36,714 bases of DNA from Octopus bimaculoides (taxonomy: Eukaryota). A program made the translations under genes and the position numbers. A model generated the notes under the pieces. It had not been told where the DNA came from. It searched no databases and saw nothing but the letters and a program-made list of their open reading frames with translations. Of this stretch, positions 23,528 to 35,008 are shown one piece after another. The stretch's first letter is position 1; each line of letters opens with the position of its first letter. The DNA is taken from assembly GCF_001194135.2 (NCBI RefSeq), contig NC_068983.1, positions 110,501,239 through 110,537,952 on the forward strand. The letters are read 5' to 3'.

Positions 23528-25493
23528 ATATATCCTTTAGTATAACTGATTGTACGAGTGCTGCTATAACAGATAATTCGTTTCATCAATGTTAATCGAT
23601 TTCATCACTTTTCTGTTTACTTTATTGATACTTACTAGATCTTCCTTCATTTTAGAGTGTCCTTATTCATTTTGCTGTCGATTGAAAGTTGAATATTACT
23701 TTAATACTTTTGTTGAGGTCTTGCCTCTTGAATGTATCCAAGACTACGTCCATTGTTTTCAATCTTATTTTGTAATTTTGGTCCTTTTGTTTTTTATTTA
23801 ACCATTTTTTCGTAGAGTCTTATATTTCATACATGTTGAGCTCTGTTGTGAGTCTTGTATTGATTTACGGGAGTTCATATTTAATTCATATTTTTTGTGC
23901 TCTTCATTTATACTTTTTTCACATGTATTCCTTCTGTGTGTTTTTTGTCAGTTCTTTCTCATCTTATCATTGATTATTATAAATCTCCGTACATTCGTTT
24001 TGTTCCAATAGATTTTGCGCTCGAATTTTCGCCTATATTTCCTCTTCAACTCTTACGAGTTTTTCATTGTGTTCCTCTATGTTAGATATTAGTTTGTGGT
24101 GTAATATGAATGTAACATTTTAGTCAAGTGTTCATTGCAGCATATTCCCATTTACTTTTGTTCTTGTTTTAGATGTTATTTTAAAAACTTACAATAAAAC
24201 GAGCTATTTTCTTTCTAAGCTAATCATTTGTAGAAACAGTACCTCTGAAAATCATGTTACTTCATAAATGACTTATTGCAATAAACCGAACAAAGAAATA
24301 CATTATACACTCTGAATCAGTCATGTGTATGTTGTTTGTATGTTATCCAGATTGTTTTATTTATACACTTATGTGATTTACTTTTGAATAGCATTGATTT
24401 ATTTCAAGTTCTTAACGCTTTGCTTTGTTCTTATTCGAAAGTTTGTGTCATTTTGTTTACTCGATATGGGCTGCGTTCATTAGTTCTTTATTCTCGTACA
24501 ATTGCATGATTTTAGACAATATATTTTGTGTGTAATGATCACGAGTAATATGTCTAATTTAATAAGAATCAATTGTATTTATTGAAATTGTTTTGTGTTG
24601 TTTTCTTTCCATTCAAATCTTCATACTGCTGTTTTCCCACTTTCTCACGTTATGAGTATATATATATTTTCTATAACATGTCAATGATATATCGATATAT
24701 TTTGTACATAATGATCACTTTTAGTAGATAGAATTAGTATTTACCGAGTTCTTGTGTGAAAAAGCGTCACTGTGGTTCAAGTATGAGGATTGTACGGTAA
24801 GGAGATAAGAGGGCTTTTCAAGTTACGGTAGTCACTGAAGAAGACGTATATCTTTTGCTGTTATGTACCTTTTACCCGTTGCAACATTAAAAAAAATTAA
24901 TTATGGTAGGTTGTGAGCGCTGAAATGACCAGTAAATATGGTCAGATAGATATGCATCGATGTTATATTGTAATGATATCAGAAACCAAACTGGTTTATC
25001 AGACTTGAACCAAAGTTAGAGCTGGTACATTTATAGGAGTAAAATCTACTTGAGAATTTTCTGCTGTAGTGAAAAAATCGAAAATAAGAGTAAGGAAGCC
25101 ATTGACATAACATTCGCAGCAACCTCAACAATTTTCTTGTATACTAATGGTAGGTCGGGAGATTGCTACCGCTAACACAGAAATGCCATTCACGTACCAT
25201 GCAAGGCATTGACTTGTGTCACTCTTAGTAATCAGGTTACAATCCAGTTATCACTTGACTAGAGGCCCCAGGAAGCATTTCTAACCATAATCATGAGGCA
25301 ATAAGGAGAAAAAGGTAAATCATTAAGCGTAGAGGAATCAAAATAAGGGCATTTTGAAGGAACCCAGATTAAAGCCAATTAATTAAATAACCATTACATG
25401 GCCAATGGCAGGGCATAGAATTTCACAGATCTTCGAAAGAATAACGAGAGCCTAAATAAAACTGTTGAAGAACTATATTAAATTTCAACCTCT

Positions 25494-26510
25494 TTACCTC
25501 CGCCTTAGCGAAGGCGGAGGTATTGTTTTTCAGTCGTGTTTGTTTGTTTGTCCGTGGACAAGATATCTCAAGAACCACAAAATGGATTCGGATGAAACTT
25601 TCAGAGATGTTTGACCTTGTGACTAGCACGGACTGGTTAGATTTGGGGATCGATCCGGTACCAGACAAAGATTCTGGATTATTTGTAATATTTACTTTAC
25701 TTTACATGAAGTATTACGATCTTACGTTGATTTGCAAGTCTTTTTCTGATTATCTCTTTTGAAAGCACGCATGGTTTCCACCTAAGTTTTGGCTGCGTTG
25801 CTGTTTCCAAAGTTTTATTTCTGTTTCTCTATTATTAATTTTACTCGCATCTCGATCTTAGTTGAAACTGATGGATAAAGAAATCAAACTACATAAACAA
25901 ACGGCAGCAAAACCGTTCAGAAATTAAATAACACATATTCAGTAATAATAATTTAATTCATCCTCGACAATTTGTTTTACCAATTTTGAATACATCGCTC
26001 CTGTTCAAAACATCTTATATACTTGACAATTGTATTTCTAGCTCTGCCTTGAAGGAAGCTTTACTTCTTGGACTCACATTTTTGTGCACATTAATGTTGT
26101 TAAATCTCCGTTAACAGCACCGTATGAAAGTCCTTTCAGTTTTCTTTCACGCACGGATAAATATTTCACTATAGACCTTAGTTGTCGTAAAGCCTCCATA
26201 GAGAAAACTGCCCCTGTTCTCACTGCAGACGACACACACACAACATTTCTAAATACGATCCGCACACCCACTTTCACATTTCCTGAATACCATTGAGATC
26301 GATCAGGTACCGGACAAAGATTCTGGATACTTTTTCCGGTTTTTTACTTAATTTTTGAGAGTGGTCGGGTTCATTTTTAGCATTCCCGTTTGTGAGAGCA
26401 ATCGAGTTTATTTCAGATATTCTCATTTTAGAAATTATCTCCGGTTAATTGTTGAGAGGACGTTGGTGTTGCCTTCGTGGAGGTTTGCGCTCTCTGAGTG
26501 CTCTTGCTTA
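25494..26510 (+). mobile_element. Non-autonomous Helentron-type (DINE-1/HINE-like) element with an internal insert
   Basis: 5' TACCTCCGCCTT-agcg-AAGGCGGAGGTA hairpin (25495-25522), (GTTT)n tract, 3' sub-terminal gtggaggtt followed by a gcgctc-tct-gagtgc hairpin and T-rich end. This is the canonical HINE layout. Confidence 0.7.
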
Positions 26511-27554
26511 TTTTTACATTGTACTTGACTCTTCTCGTCTACTGTATATGTACGTATCAATATATTTTGTAGTCCAAGAGTATAACTGTTTTATGTTATA
26601 GGTTAGAACTTTGTGCCCTGTGGAACATTCACTTTAAATGTTGTTGTTTCTCTTTGCTTATTTTCTTTTCCTTAATATTCAGCAGCAGCAGCGGTCACAG
26701 CAGCAGCAGCAGAGGCCACAGCAGCAACAGCAGCTGTAGTAATATTAATAGTAGTTTTTGTTGTTGGTGCTGTTATTATTGTGTCGTCGTCTATACTGTA
26801 TTAACATTTACAGACATTTTGAGAGACCTTAGTAAATTCAGTAAATATTTCGAAGCAAAGTGAAGTAGACAGACTGGAGGTGTGGTATCACTGCTATCTC
26901 CTGTTTTGATAGTATTAACATTACAATATAACTAAATCACTCTGTAAGTTAGATCAATATTGCAGTCACAGTAGTTGTATAACTATATTGCCATCATATA
27001 ATGCTATCTGCATATAAGACTTAGAGCTACTGTAGCAGCAAAACCGAAATAGTTTTGCAGTAGTATTACTTGAATAATTTGTAAAGACAGAGCAAAGAGA
27101 TCTGTCTAAATCGACATAAACACGAAGCTAGGTGTAGATAGATTTTTTCAACAATGTAAACAATTTAATATATAACCTTTATTTTATATTTCATGATATA
27201 TCCCTCTTCAGAGTAATTTCATTTTATTTTCTAATAAAAAAAAAGTGGGTTGCACAAGAATTTCTTTTGTTTCCCTTGACTTCGACTGATTTGCTCACGA
27301 TACAAAAAAAAAAAAAAAAAAAAAATGGAAGGAGGGTAATTTAATTTGGTTAAATATATAAAGGATATTGGATTTACAGTTTAATCATGTTTGTTCCGAA
27401 AATAGATGCTGTCTGTGATCAATTATAAGAGTTATCTTCTAAATTATTGGTGTAAGATGGTGTGTCTCGTATATTCCTACAAACATTCATAAGCACATAT
27501 CTACGGAAACGGATATACTCACACACCTCACCGGTCACATATTTTTGTTGTTTG

Positions 27555-27644
27555 TATATATATATATATACACATACAAACACATATATATGTATGTATG
27601 TATATATGTGTGTGCGTACGAACAATGCGTGTGAATATATATGA

Positions 27645-27684
<40 letters not shown>

Positions 27685-27712
27685 CTGTGTGTGTGTGTAT
27701 GTGTGTGTTTGT
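27555..27712. repeat. (TA)n/(TG)n compound microsatellite
   Basis: Direct reading. Confidence 0.95.
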
Positions 27713-28152
27713 GTAAAGTTTAGTGAAAGAAACAGAAAGATAGAGAGATGGATAACTTGAAAAGCAAGCAAGGATAAACAAGGCCATTACTCAGAGGTAT
27801 ATAGGGAATAAGGACACGTAAGCGTGTTGCCTAATGATGTAATGAAGGAAATATTCTTGCAAAGATCGAAATTTTGGCCACGATTAGCATAAAAGGAGGG
27901 TTTTAATTCTGGGTATATTCAAAGAGTTTGTTTTAAATGATTATCGCTACACATCTAATGTTAGTTAATTAAATTAGATTGCAAGACCCACAGGCATTAA
28001 TCCTATAGAAAACCTAACGAGGTGACGGCATATGGCCTTAAGTACTCCAATCAATACCAGCTATATTTAGAAACCTAGAAGAAGACACGAGCTTGAGAGT
28101 CAGGGATGTTTTTCAGGCTTTAACAAAAGTAGCTTCGCAAGGAATTTAGAAA

Positions 28153-28310
28153 TTCTTCTTCTTCTTCTTCTTCTTCTTCTTCTTCTTCTTCTTCTTCTTC
28201 TTCTTCTTCTTCTTCTTCTTCTTCTTCTTCTTCTTCTTCTTCTTCTTCTTCTTCTTCTTCTTCTTCTTCTTCTTCTTCTTCTTCTTCTTCTTCTTCTTCT
28301 TCTTCTTCTT
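28153..28310. repeat. Pure (TTC/GAA) repeat, about 52 units
   Basis: Direct reading; yields the poly-E, poly-K and poly-R ORFs. Confidence 0.98.
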
Positions 28311-28670
28311 TCCTCTCTCCAGAGGCCATGACTGAGAGCGTTTAGCAATGGTGTACCAGGAACCTTTACCTTTCCGTTCATTGATCCTCAATTTCCTGTT
28401 ATGTGTCTCTGCTAATAACATCAATGTTGTTAAGTGAGTGGTCTTTGTATTTTAAGTTACGAAGATATTCTCCAGTATAGAATATCTTATGAGCTGTTTT
28501 TCAGCCCCAAAGAAGTAACGAGCAAAGCATAACCTGCGTTCATCAATAACAGTAGAGAGGGGAAACATCAAGCCCACCTTGAAGTTTCTTCTTCATTGTT
28601 CAGTTTTCGGTCCCAAAAAGAAGAATAATGCTTATCTATGCCCTGCAGAAATCAAGCCATGACGAGTTTG
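28311..28670 (-). mobile_element. 3' end of an RTE-clade LINE
   Basis: Minus strand gives PLSTVIDERRLCFARYFFGAEKQLI (cf. PLSxVIRERRLRFAGHCFRA) and IDVISRDT, then runs into the (GAA)n tract; RTE elements typically end in short-repeat tails. Confidence 0.6.
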
Positions 28671-28722
28671 AAATACACTATTTCAGATTATTTACATTAT
28701 TTACCTTATTTACATAATTAAC

Positions 28723-29093
28723 TGTGGAGGCGCAATGGCCCATTGGTTAGGGCAGCGAACTCGCGGTCGTAGGATCGCGGTTTCGATTCCCAGACCGGGC
28801 GTTGTGAGTGTTTATTGAGCGAAAACACCTAAAGCTCCACGAGGCTCCGGCAGGGGATGGTAGCGAACTCTGCTGTACTCTTTCACCACAACTTTCTCTC
28901 ACTCTTACTTCCTGTTTCTGTTGTGCCTGTAATTCAAAGGGTCAGCCTTGTCACACTGTGTCATGCTGAATATCCCAGAGAACTACGTTAAGAGTACACG
29001 TGTCTGTGGAGTGCTCAGCCACTTGCACGTTAATTTCACGAGCAGTTGATCAGATCAACTGGAACCCTCGACGTCGTAAGCGACGGAGTGCCA
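28723..29093 (+). mobile_element. Young tRNA-derived SINE (same family as 23156), inserted into the tail of hammerhead element A
   Basis: tgtggaggcgcaatggcccattggttagggcagcg head, ...gcgacggagtgcca end; both flanks are (tttacatta)n-type tail sequence of element A. Confidence 0.9.
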
Positions 29094-29148
29094 TTAAGTT
29101 AACATAATTTACATTTGACGGATATTTGTCTTCGTCTTCTTTGTTGTT

Positions 29149-29194
29149 AACACAACGTTTCAGCTGTTATACACTTCAGCCTTCATCAGGTGTC
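29149..29194 (-). ncRNA. Minimal type I hammerhead ribozyme with intact core
   Basis: Minus strand GACAC-CUGAUGA-A-GGCUG-aaguguauaa-CAGCU-GAA-ACGU-U-GUGUU: stem I GACAC/GUGUU, both core boxes, stem II, palindromic loopless stem III ACGU, predicted GUU cleavage triplet. Confidence 0.75.
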
Positions 29195-29234
29195 TTGGTG
29201 AAATTTCGAACCTGGGATTTCGATGTTATTGTTG

Positions 29235-29280
<46 letters not shown>

Positions 29281-29404
29281 CATTGTTGTTGTTCAGGTCA
29301 TCATGTTTAAACAACACTTATTCAGGGATCTTTTGAGCAGGAGGAGTTACTCGACCTGAAAAAAATTCTATCTTGGCCCCACCTGCGCTGTTTATCTTGA
29401 AAGG

Positions 29405-29702
29405 AGATCACTATTTACATTATTTATATTTGACTGATATTTGTCCTCATCTTCTTTGTTGTTAGCACAACGTTTCGGCTGATATATCCTCCAGCCTTCA
29501 GCAGATGTCTTGGTGAAATTTCGAAACTGGGTTCTCATTCCTAAGGTATTTTTTCGATGTTGTTATTATTATTATTATAATTATTATCATCATTATTATT
29601 ATTATTATTATTCAGGTCACTACTTGGAATTGAACTCGGAATCGAACTCGGAATCTTGGGGTTAGTAGCCTGCGCTTTTAACCACTACGCCATATGCACG
29701 TG
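29405..29702 (-). mobile_element. Hammerhead-bearing short retroelement, copy B (full length, with tRNA-like Pol III head)
   Basis: A box TGGCGTAGTGG (29692-29682); B box GTTCGATTCC (29647-29638) duplicated as GTTCAATTCC (29635-29626) by a 12-bp tandem repeat; then (AAT)n, HHR and tail; first T4 on the sense strand at about 29403-29400. Confidence 0.8.
29465..29509 (-). ncRNA. Hammerhead ribozyme motif with core mutation (CUGCUGA)
   Basis: GACAU-CUGCUGA-A-GGCUG-gaggauauau-CAGCC-GAAACGUU-GUGC; the A6 to C change probably inactivates it. Confidence 0.65.
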
Positions 29703-29704
29703 AA

Positions 29705-29789
<85 letters not shown>

Positions 29790-29970
29790 TCGAAACATGC
29801 CTTAGGAATGAGAACCCAGGTCCGAAATTTCCCCCAAGACACTTGATAAAGGCTGGAGGGTATATCAGCCGAAACGTTGTGTTAACAACAGACATGTTGA
29901 GGACAAATATCCGTCAAATGTAAATAATGTAAATAATGTACATGGTTCCTCATCTCTTAAATATAGAACT
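29700..29970 (+). mobile_element. Hammerhead-bearing short retroelement, copy C (headless, inverted relative to B)
   Basis: gtgaactgaa-(AAT)n-aacatcgaaacatgccttaggaatgagaacccagg...HHR...ggacaaatatccgtcaaatgtaaataatgtaaataatgtac. Confidence 0.8.
29838..29883 (+). ncRNA. Hammerhead ribozyme motif with degenerate core (UUGAUAA)
   Basis: GACAC-UUGAUAA-A-GGCUG-gaggguauau-CAGCC-GAAACGUU-GUGUU; C3 to U and G8 to A changes, presumably inactive. Confidence 0.65.
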
Positions 29971-30689
29971 ACAATTAGGCCTGTACGAGTAATTCATTAA
30001 CTATTGTGAAACTGGTGGGGAAGGACGAATGTGGTAACACATCTAGGTTAATTCAGTTTATCATTAATATTTAACTATATTACTTGTAGATTTTCTATCT
30101 CTCATATTATATCAATTTAAGTCTCTATAGAATTTACACAATATAATTTAGTACACATAACATTAATTGTTAGTCTTACCAAGATAACAATGCTTCCAGA
30201 ATTAAATACTCTAATCAAGGCTCCTATCTGCACAGACTCGACCACAGCTATGTTCTACAGGTGCCGATATCTAGATGTTTCCTTATTAAAGAAATATTAC
30301 TTTACCAAACAGAATATATAGAACCACTCTCACTTCACCAAATGGTTTCCAAAGAAACTGTACCAGCAAATTTATACAACTAATTAATCACGATTTGAAT
30401 TCCTTCAGGGGCAGAGACAGAATACACAATAATATTTTCTCTCGTTCTATTTGAGTGCATAGAGATTGTCAGATAAAATTGTTTTACTGAAATATAGAGC
30501 AAAATCGCTGAGATTCAACAAACCTCTAATGGAAAGTTTAACTGCGTGTGAGCTCGGGCAGTCTGAGAGACTCCGCATACTAAAGGAAAATCCAACACTG
30601 TCTTCCTCAATAGATTTTCGGAGGGTAACATTTATTAATTTCAAAGAACAAAACTCTATTCTTCTTCAATGTATGATCCATCATCTCAC

Positions 30690-31880
30690 ATCAATGCAAA
30701 TGTTGTACCGCTTCTGTCAATAGGTCATGGTTCCATGGAGGTCCTCCAGACTAAGGTACCCAAGATCCTTGTCACAATCCCCCTTCATTTTCTGAAGGTC
30801 TCCATAATGACTGCTCCTCTTGTTATCCTTCAGCTTCGGGAACAGCCAAATGTCAGAGACAGAAATGACTGGACTGTAGGAAGTGTGAGGGGCAGTTACA
30901 TACATACATACATAGATGCATACTTACGTACGTATGTACGCACGTACATACATACATACATACAAACAAACATACATGCATACATACGTATATATATCTA
31001 TATATCTTTGTCAGGTAGTTGGTTACTAACATGGAATTATGGGTTGATGCATTCTGCTGGTGCTGGTGTCACCGACCCGATTGGATGAACTGTGGTCTTT
31101 TGTGATGACCCACAAAATACGCATTGTTGACCTCTGGCCTGAGGGAACCCAGTAGATATAGATGATGTCCTTGTTTTCCAAAAGGACGATCATTACGTTC
31201 GTCTTAGTGGACCAGCTTTGTCTGACCTTCTTGGGTCTGAGGGAGCCATGATGTATGCATTAAGTACTTTGGCTCTTAGATCATAACAGTAAATAAAACT
31301 TCCGTCAAAGGTCACCAGAGACGCAAGGTAAACTGGGATTGCAGGTAATGATCCCGCACCTCTGCTGCCACTAACATCTCTTACCTTCAGTTCATCTGTG
31401 AGTATCCTGAGAACAAATTTTCCACACATTTTCCACATGCTCAGATCTGCATGAATAATTCTGTGTACAGTTGTTACAACATCTCCAGTCAGTGTGCTTA
31501 TTATCTTTATAGATAAACGACAGTCTTCATTTAGAAATTTGCGAATTTTCTGAATCAGCTCTGATATTCTGACTTACATCTCCCTCCCAAAACCCATCCT
31601 CTTTCACTTCAGCCCTACCTTCCTTGAATCTCTGTGTTAGCGAAAAATAGATGCTCAAGTCATACAAACTTTTCCATAAGCAGACTTGAGCACTTCATAA
31701 GTTTCTGTAGCGATGTTCTCCAGTTTAACGCAAAACTTTATCGCTTAGCGAGCTTCTAAATTGTCTTTGAGTCCCAACTGATGTCTGTAAATCAGTGGAC
31801 TGGGAAAAGCAGTGTTTAGTAGGGAGTGTTCAAAGAGCTTTTATAGCCCCGTCTTTCAGTGCAGAAAAGATGTGGCAGGT
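30690..31880 (-). mobile_element. Decayed mariner (Tc1/mariner) transposon, split by a (TACA)n microsatellite at about 30896-31003
   Basis: Minus strand: IKFCVKL...ATETYEVLKSAYG-like N-terminus near 31750; KFVLRILT (WVPHEL-equivalent) and LVTFDGSFIYCYD (first catalytic D) in ORF 31438-31193; PHTSYSPVISVSDIWLFPKLK (YSPDLAP motif) in ORF 30905-30717. TIRs not resolved. Confidence 0.8.
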
Positions 31881-31974
31881 CAGCTTAAAAGATGCGTAGT
31901 AATGATATACTAAAATTAAAATTAACTAGAACTCGTATTACTGCCTCACATGAAAAAGGCACAAAACATCTCGT

Positions 31975-32169
31975 ACGTATATACATACATACATACAGAC
32001 AGACAGACAGATATACATATACAAACACATACACAGAAATGTATATGTATTTACTTGCATATACTAAAGTACTTAAGTATATGAACATACGCCCACACAC
32101 ATACTTACATACATGCATACATACATATATATATACTTATATATCTCTATCTTTCTCTCTCTCTATATA

Positions 32170-32200
<31 letters not shown>

Positions 32201-32292
32201 ATATATANNNNNNNNNNNNNNNNNNNNNNNNNNNNNNNNNNNNNNNNNNNNNNNNNNNNNNNNNNNNNNNNNNNNNNNNNNNNNNNNNNNNN

Positions 32293-32335
<43 letters not shown>
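31975..32335. repeat. Compound (TACA)/(TCTA)/(TA)/(GA)n microsatellite field with N gap 32208-32292
   Basis: Direct reading. Confidence 0.92.
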
Positions 32336-34120
32336 TTAATAGATAGATCCCAAAACACTCCCATCCATACATATATGCTTCTATGTATGTGTATGTTTGT
32401 AAGATGTCGATGCGCGTAATTCATGCATGTAATTTAATGTAAACTCCTCTTCGTTATGTTTTGATTAATATTGAGTATTTAACTTAACATATACGCATAT
32501 AGTTATAAGTACATGTGTATTTGTGTAATACTCAGTATTACTCAAACTATAACGTAGAATATTTATCTAATAACATGCCTGACTTAATTATTTCAATTTC
32601 TAACAAATTATGCCTTGTATGTTGTTTTATCACGCATTCTTTGCCTGACTGACAGATAACTTCTCAAGTTGAGTATTTATTCCGGACATGGCATCATGAG
32701 GATGCAAATATTAAAAGTTTCAAGGAATGGCATGGATTAATACAATATAATAATTATATATAATTAGCCGTCCACTGCACTCTCTACTCGAATATATGCG
32801 ATTGCCCAATCTATCAGGCAGAAGTAGAATATTGAATAAAATATCCTAATAGCACAGCACAGCGACGTCGTTGTTTTGTTGGTTAAAAATGGATGAGAGT
32901 AGTCACATAAAAATCCGGTTATTTATAAATGAAGGCTTCTAAAATATCCCAGATAAAAACCCTTCGTAAAGGAAGGCAGCTGATTGATAGGAAAAAGTTA
33001 TTTAGCTAAAGTGTTTTAATGTCGAATATCTCGGTATTTCATATGTCCAGTATAGGTTTAACTGGTCTGCAATCTGAAATATATCATAGTGATTTGCTTG
33101 ACATATTCAAGTTTTTATTTCTTTACATGGAGGCAGCAAAAAAGAAAAACAAAAACAAAACAGACAATATTTTTTTTTAATATTTAGTGTCTTACTTCAC
33201 AGTATCAGGATCTTGTGATTTCTGTTTGTACATAACAGACAGTAGCTGCTATGACCATTGTATGTGTATGTTTTGCAACAATATTCAATTTATTTTATGG
33301 TTGCCTTCTCTCCCATGAGTTTTATAAACAATATTTTTATTTTAAAAGTGGGTATGTTATTTGTATGTATACTTTTAAATCTATTCTCAGTAACACGATA
33401 CGCACATTGTCTATAGCGTGTAATCTAAGTCTTCTACGTCTTCTTCGTATATTATTTTTCACATATATTTTCTACTCAAAGGGCATCAAGTCGTATCTCT
33501 GAAATTGCACACAGGTTGCAATAATTGTGTGTTGTTTATTGATTTTTGATTTTTGTTAGATATTTGCAATCCTATGTGTTCTCTACATTTGAAGTGTAAT
33601 ATTAGATTTTCCCGCATATATTATAGGTTTCAACTATAATATTTCTGTTAGTGTATCCTGGAATGTTCTTCATTTTCAAGATTCTAACAAAAAAAAAAAT
33701 ATATATATATATACTTTGTGTTTTGATTGAACTTAGGAACATTCTACTTCAAGCGTTAAAGTTCAAAATGTCTAACCCGCAACTCACTGCTGGGTACATG
33801 AAAATTTCTGAATTATAAATATATGAATATGTTATCACTGGTATCTATATTATTTACAATATCCTAATACTGGGATGGCATTGGACAATTACATAAGCTA
33901 TTTGGATTATATATTATCTAATAATAAACTTCCACTTTATTTGCGCAGTATCCATAGAAAAAATTCATGTAAACTTCTCAGCAAATTGAGCTTCATTGAG
34001 AGTCAATACATAGGAGAGAACGATATTACAGATGATTGAACAAGATTCATTATCTCAACGATAATATGGAAGCATACAATGGATAACTTGATTAACTGCA
34101 TCGTAATGGCCTTGGGATCA

Positions 34121-34153
34121 AAAATTGCTACAAAAATGATTTGTAGCAATTTT
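34121..34153. repeat. Perfect 14-bp inverted repeat with a 5-nt loop
   Basis: aaaattgctacaaa-aatga-tttgtagcaatttt. Confidence 0.9.
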
Positions 34154-34884
34154 AGAATCATCCTACCTCCTGGGTATGATCCAGCAGGACTAACATATAA
34201 GGATAGATTTTAATACTTACATTTAATATATAACAGAAAACGTTGTAATGTCCAACAATCAGGGGAAAGCTTTATTGAATTGCAACATTACTCACAGGGG
34301 TTTAGAATCAGCAGAACCATTTATTTACGTGAATCTCTAAAAGTATTTTCTGAAAGATTAATAATGTAATAAATAATATAGTTTCTTTGTAGTTTAATGA
34401 TAAGTTTTTCAATTCATTTAATTCAGTGAAAGTATTACTGTAAAGTCCTACGCTGATATGCAGTTTTATCTTATAAGAGTATATTTTCCTCAGCTGTAGT
34501 CAAAATTAGGTTTTTGATATTAGAATTGGGAGCCGCAGATGCATTATCGATTTCTTTATGTCGGATTGGAAATTTATCTGGTTTCGATTATAAAAACTCT
34601 TATTCACGTTGGCTATAACAGATCGCCCAAATTACAGTGAGAGTTTCGTTTTCTTGGTCTTATCATTTCAAGAATACCTCGATATATAAGAGTTCATAAG
34701 TCTTTGATAACGATGCTAAATAATGCCATCATCATCAAATTTTAAACATTTGCATGTTAGTGTCATTACACATAAATGTATTTTGTATCATTACAAAAAA
34801 AATTCTCTAATTACGAATGGAGATTAAAGACAAGCTAGGAGATGAGTAATATGACGGTCGTCAAGTGTTGTTGGAATCTCTGCA

Positions 34885-34950
34885 TTTCTCTCTCTTTCTC
34901 TCTCTCTCTCTCTTGCTCTCTCTCTCACTTTCTCTCTCTCTCTCTTTCTA

Positions 34951-35008
<58 letters not shown>

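Larger units (their letters stand above)
28687..29301 (-). mobile_element. Hammerhead-bearing short retroelement, copy A (headless, interrupted by a SINE)
   Basis: Minus strand reads tgacctgaa-(AAT)n-aacatcgaaa...ttcgaaatttcaccaagacac-HHR-taacaacaaagaag...acaaatatccgtcaaatgtaaa; homologous to copies B and C. Confidence 0.8.

Noticed and set aside
22400-24700. A-rich minus-strand stretch resembling a decayed retroelement ORF1/ORF
   Set aside because: No diagnostic motif and many stops in all frames.
24930-25200. VMISETKL, resembling a LINE AP-endonuclease motif
   Set aside because: A single short motif; plausible LINE debris but unsupported.
28100-28424. Poly-R, poly-E and poly-K ORFs
   Set aside because: Translations of the (GAA)n microsatellite.
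29626-29700. tRNA gene calls for SINE heads (also 3290, 10860, 23156, 28723)
   Set aside because: A and B boxes are present, but there is no complete cloverleaf with acceptor stem and each continues into a repeat body.
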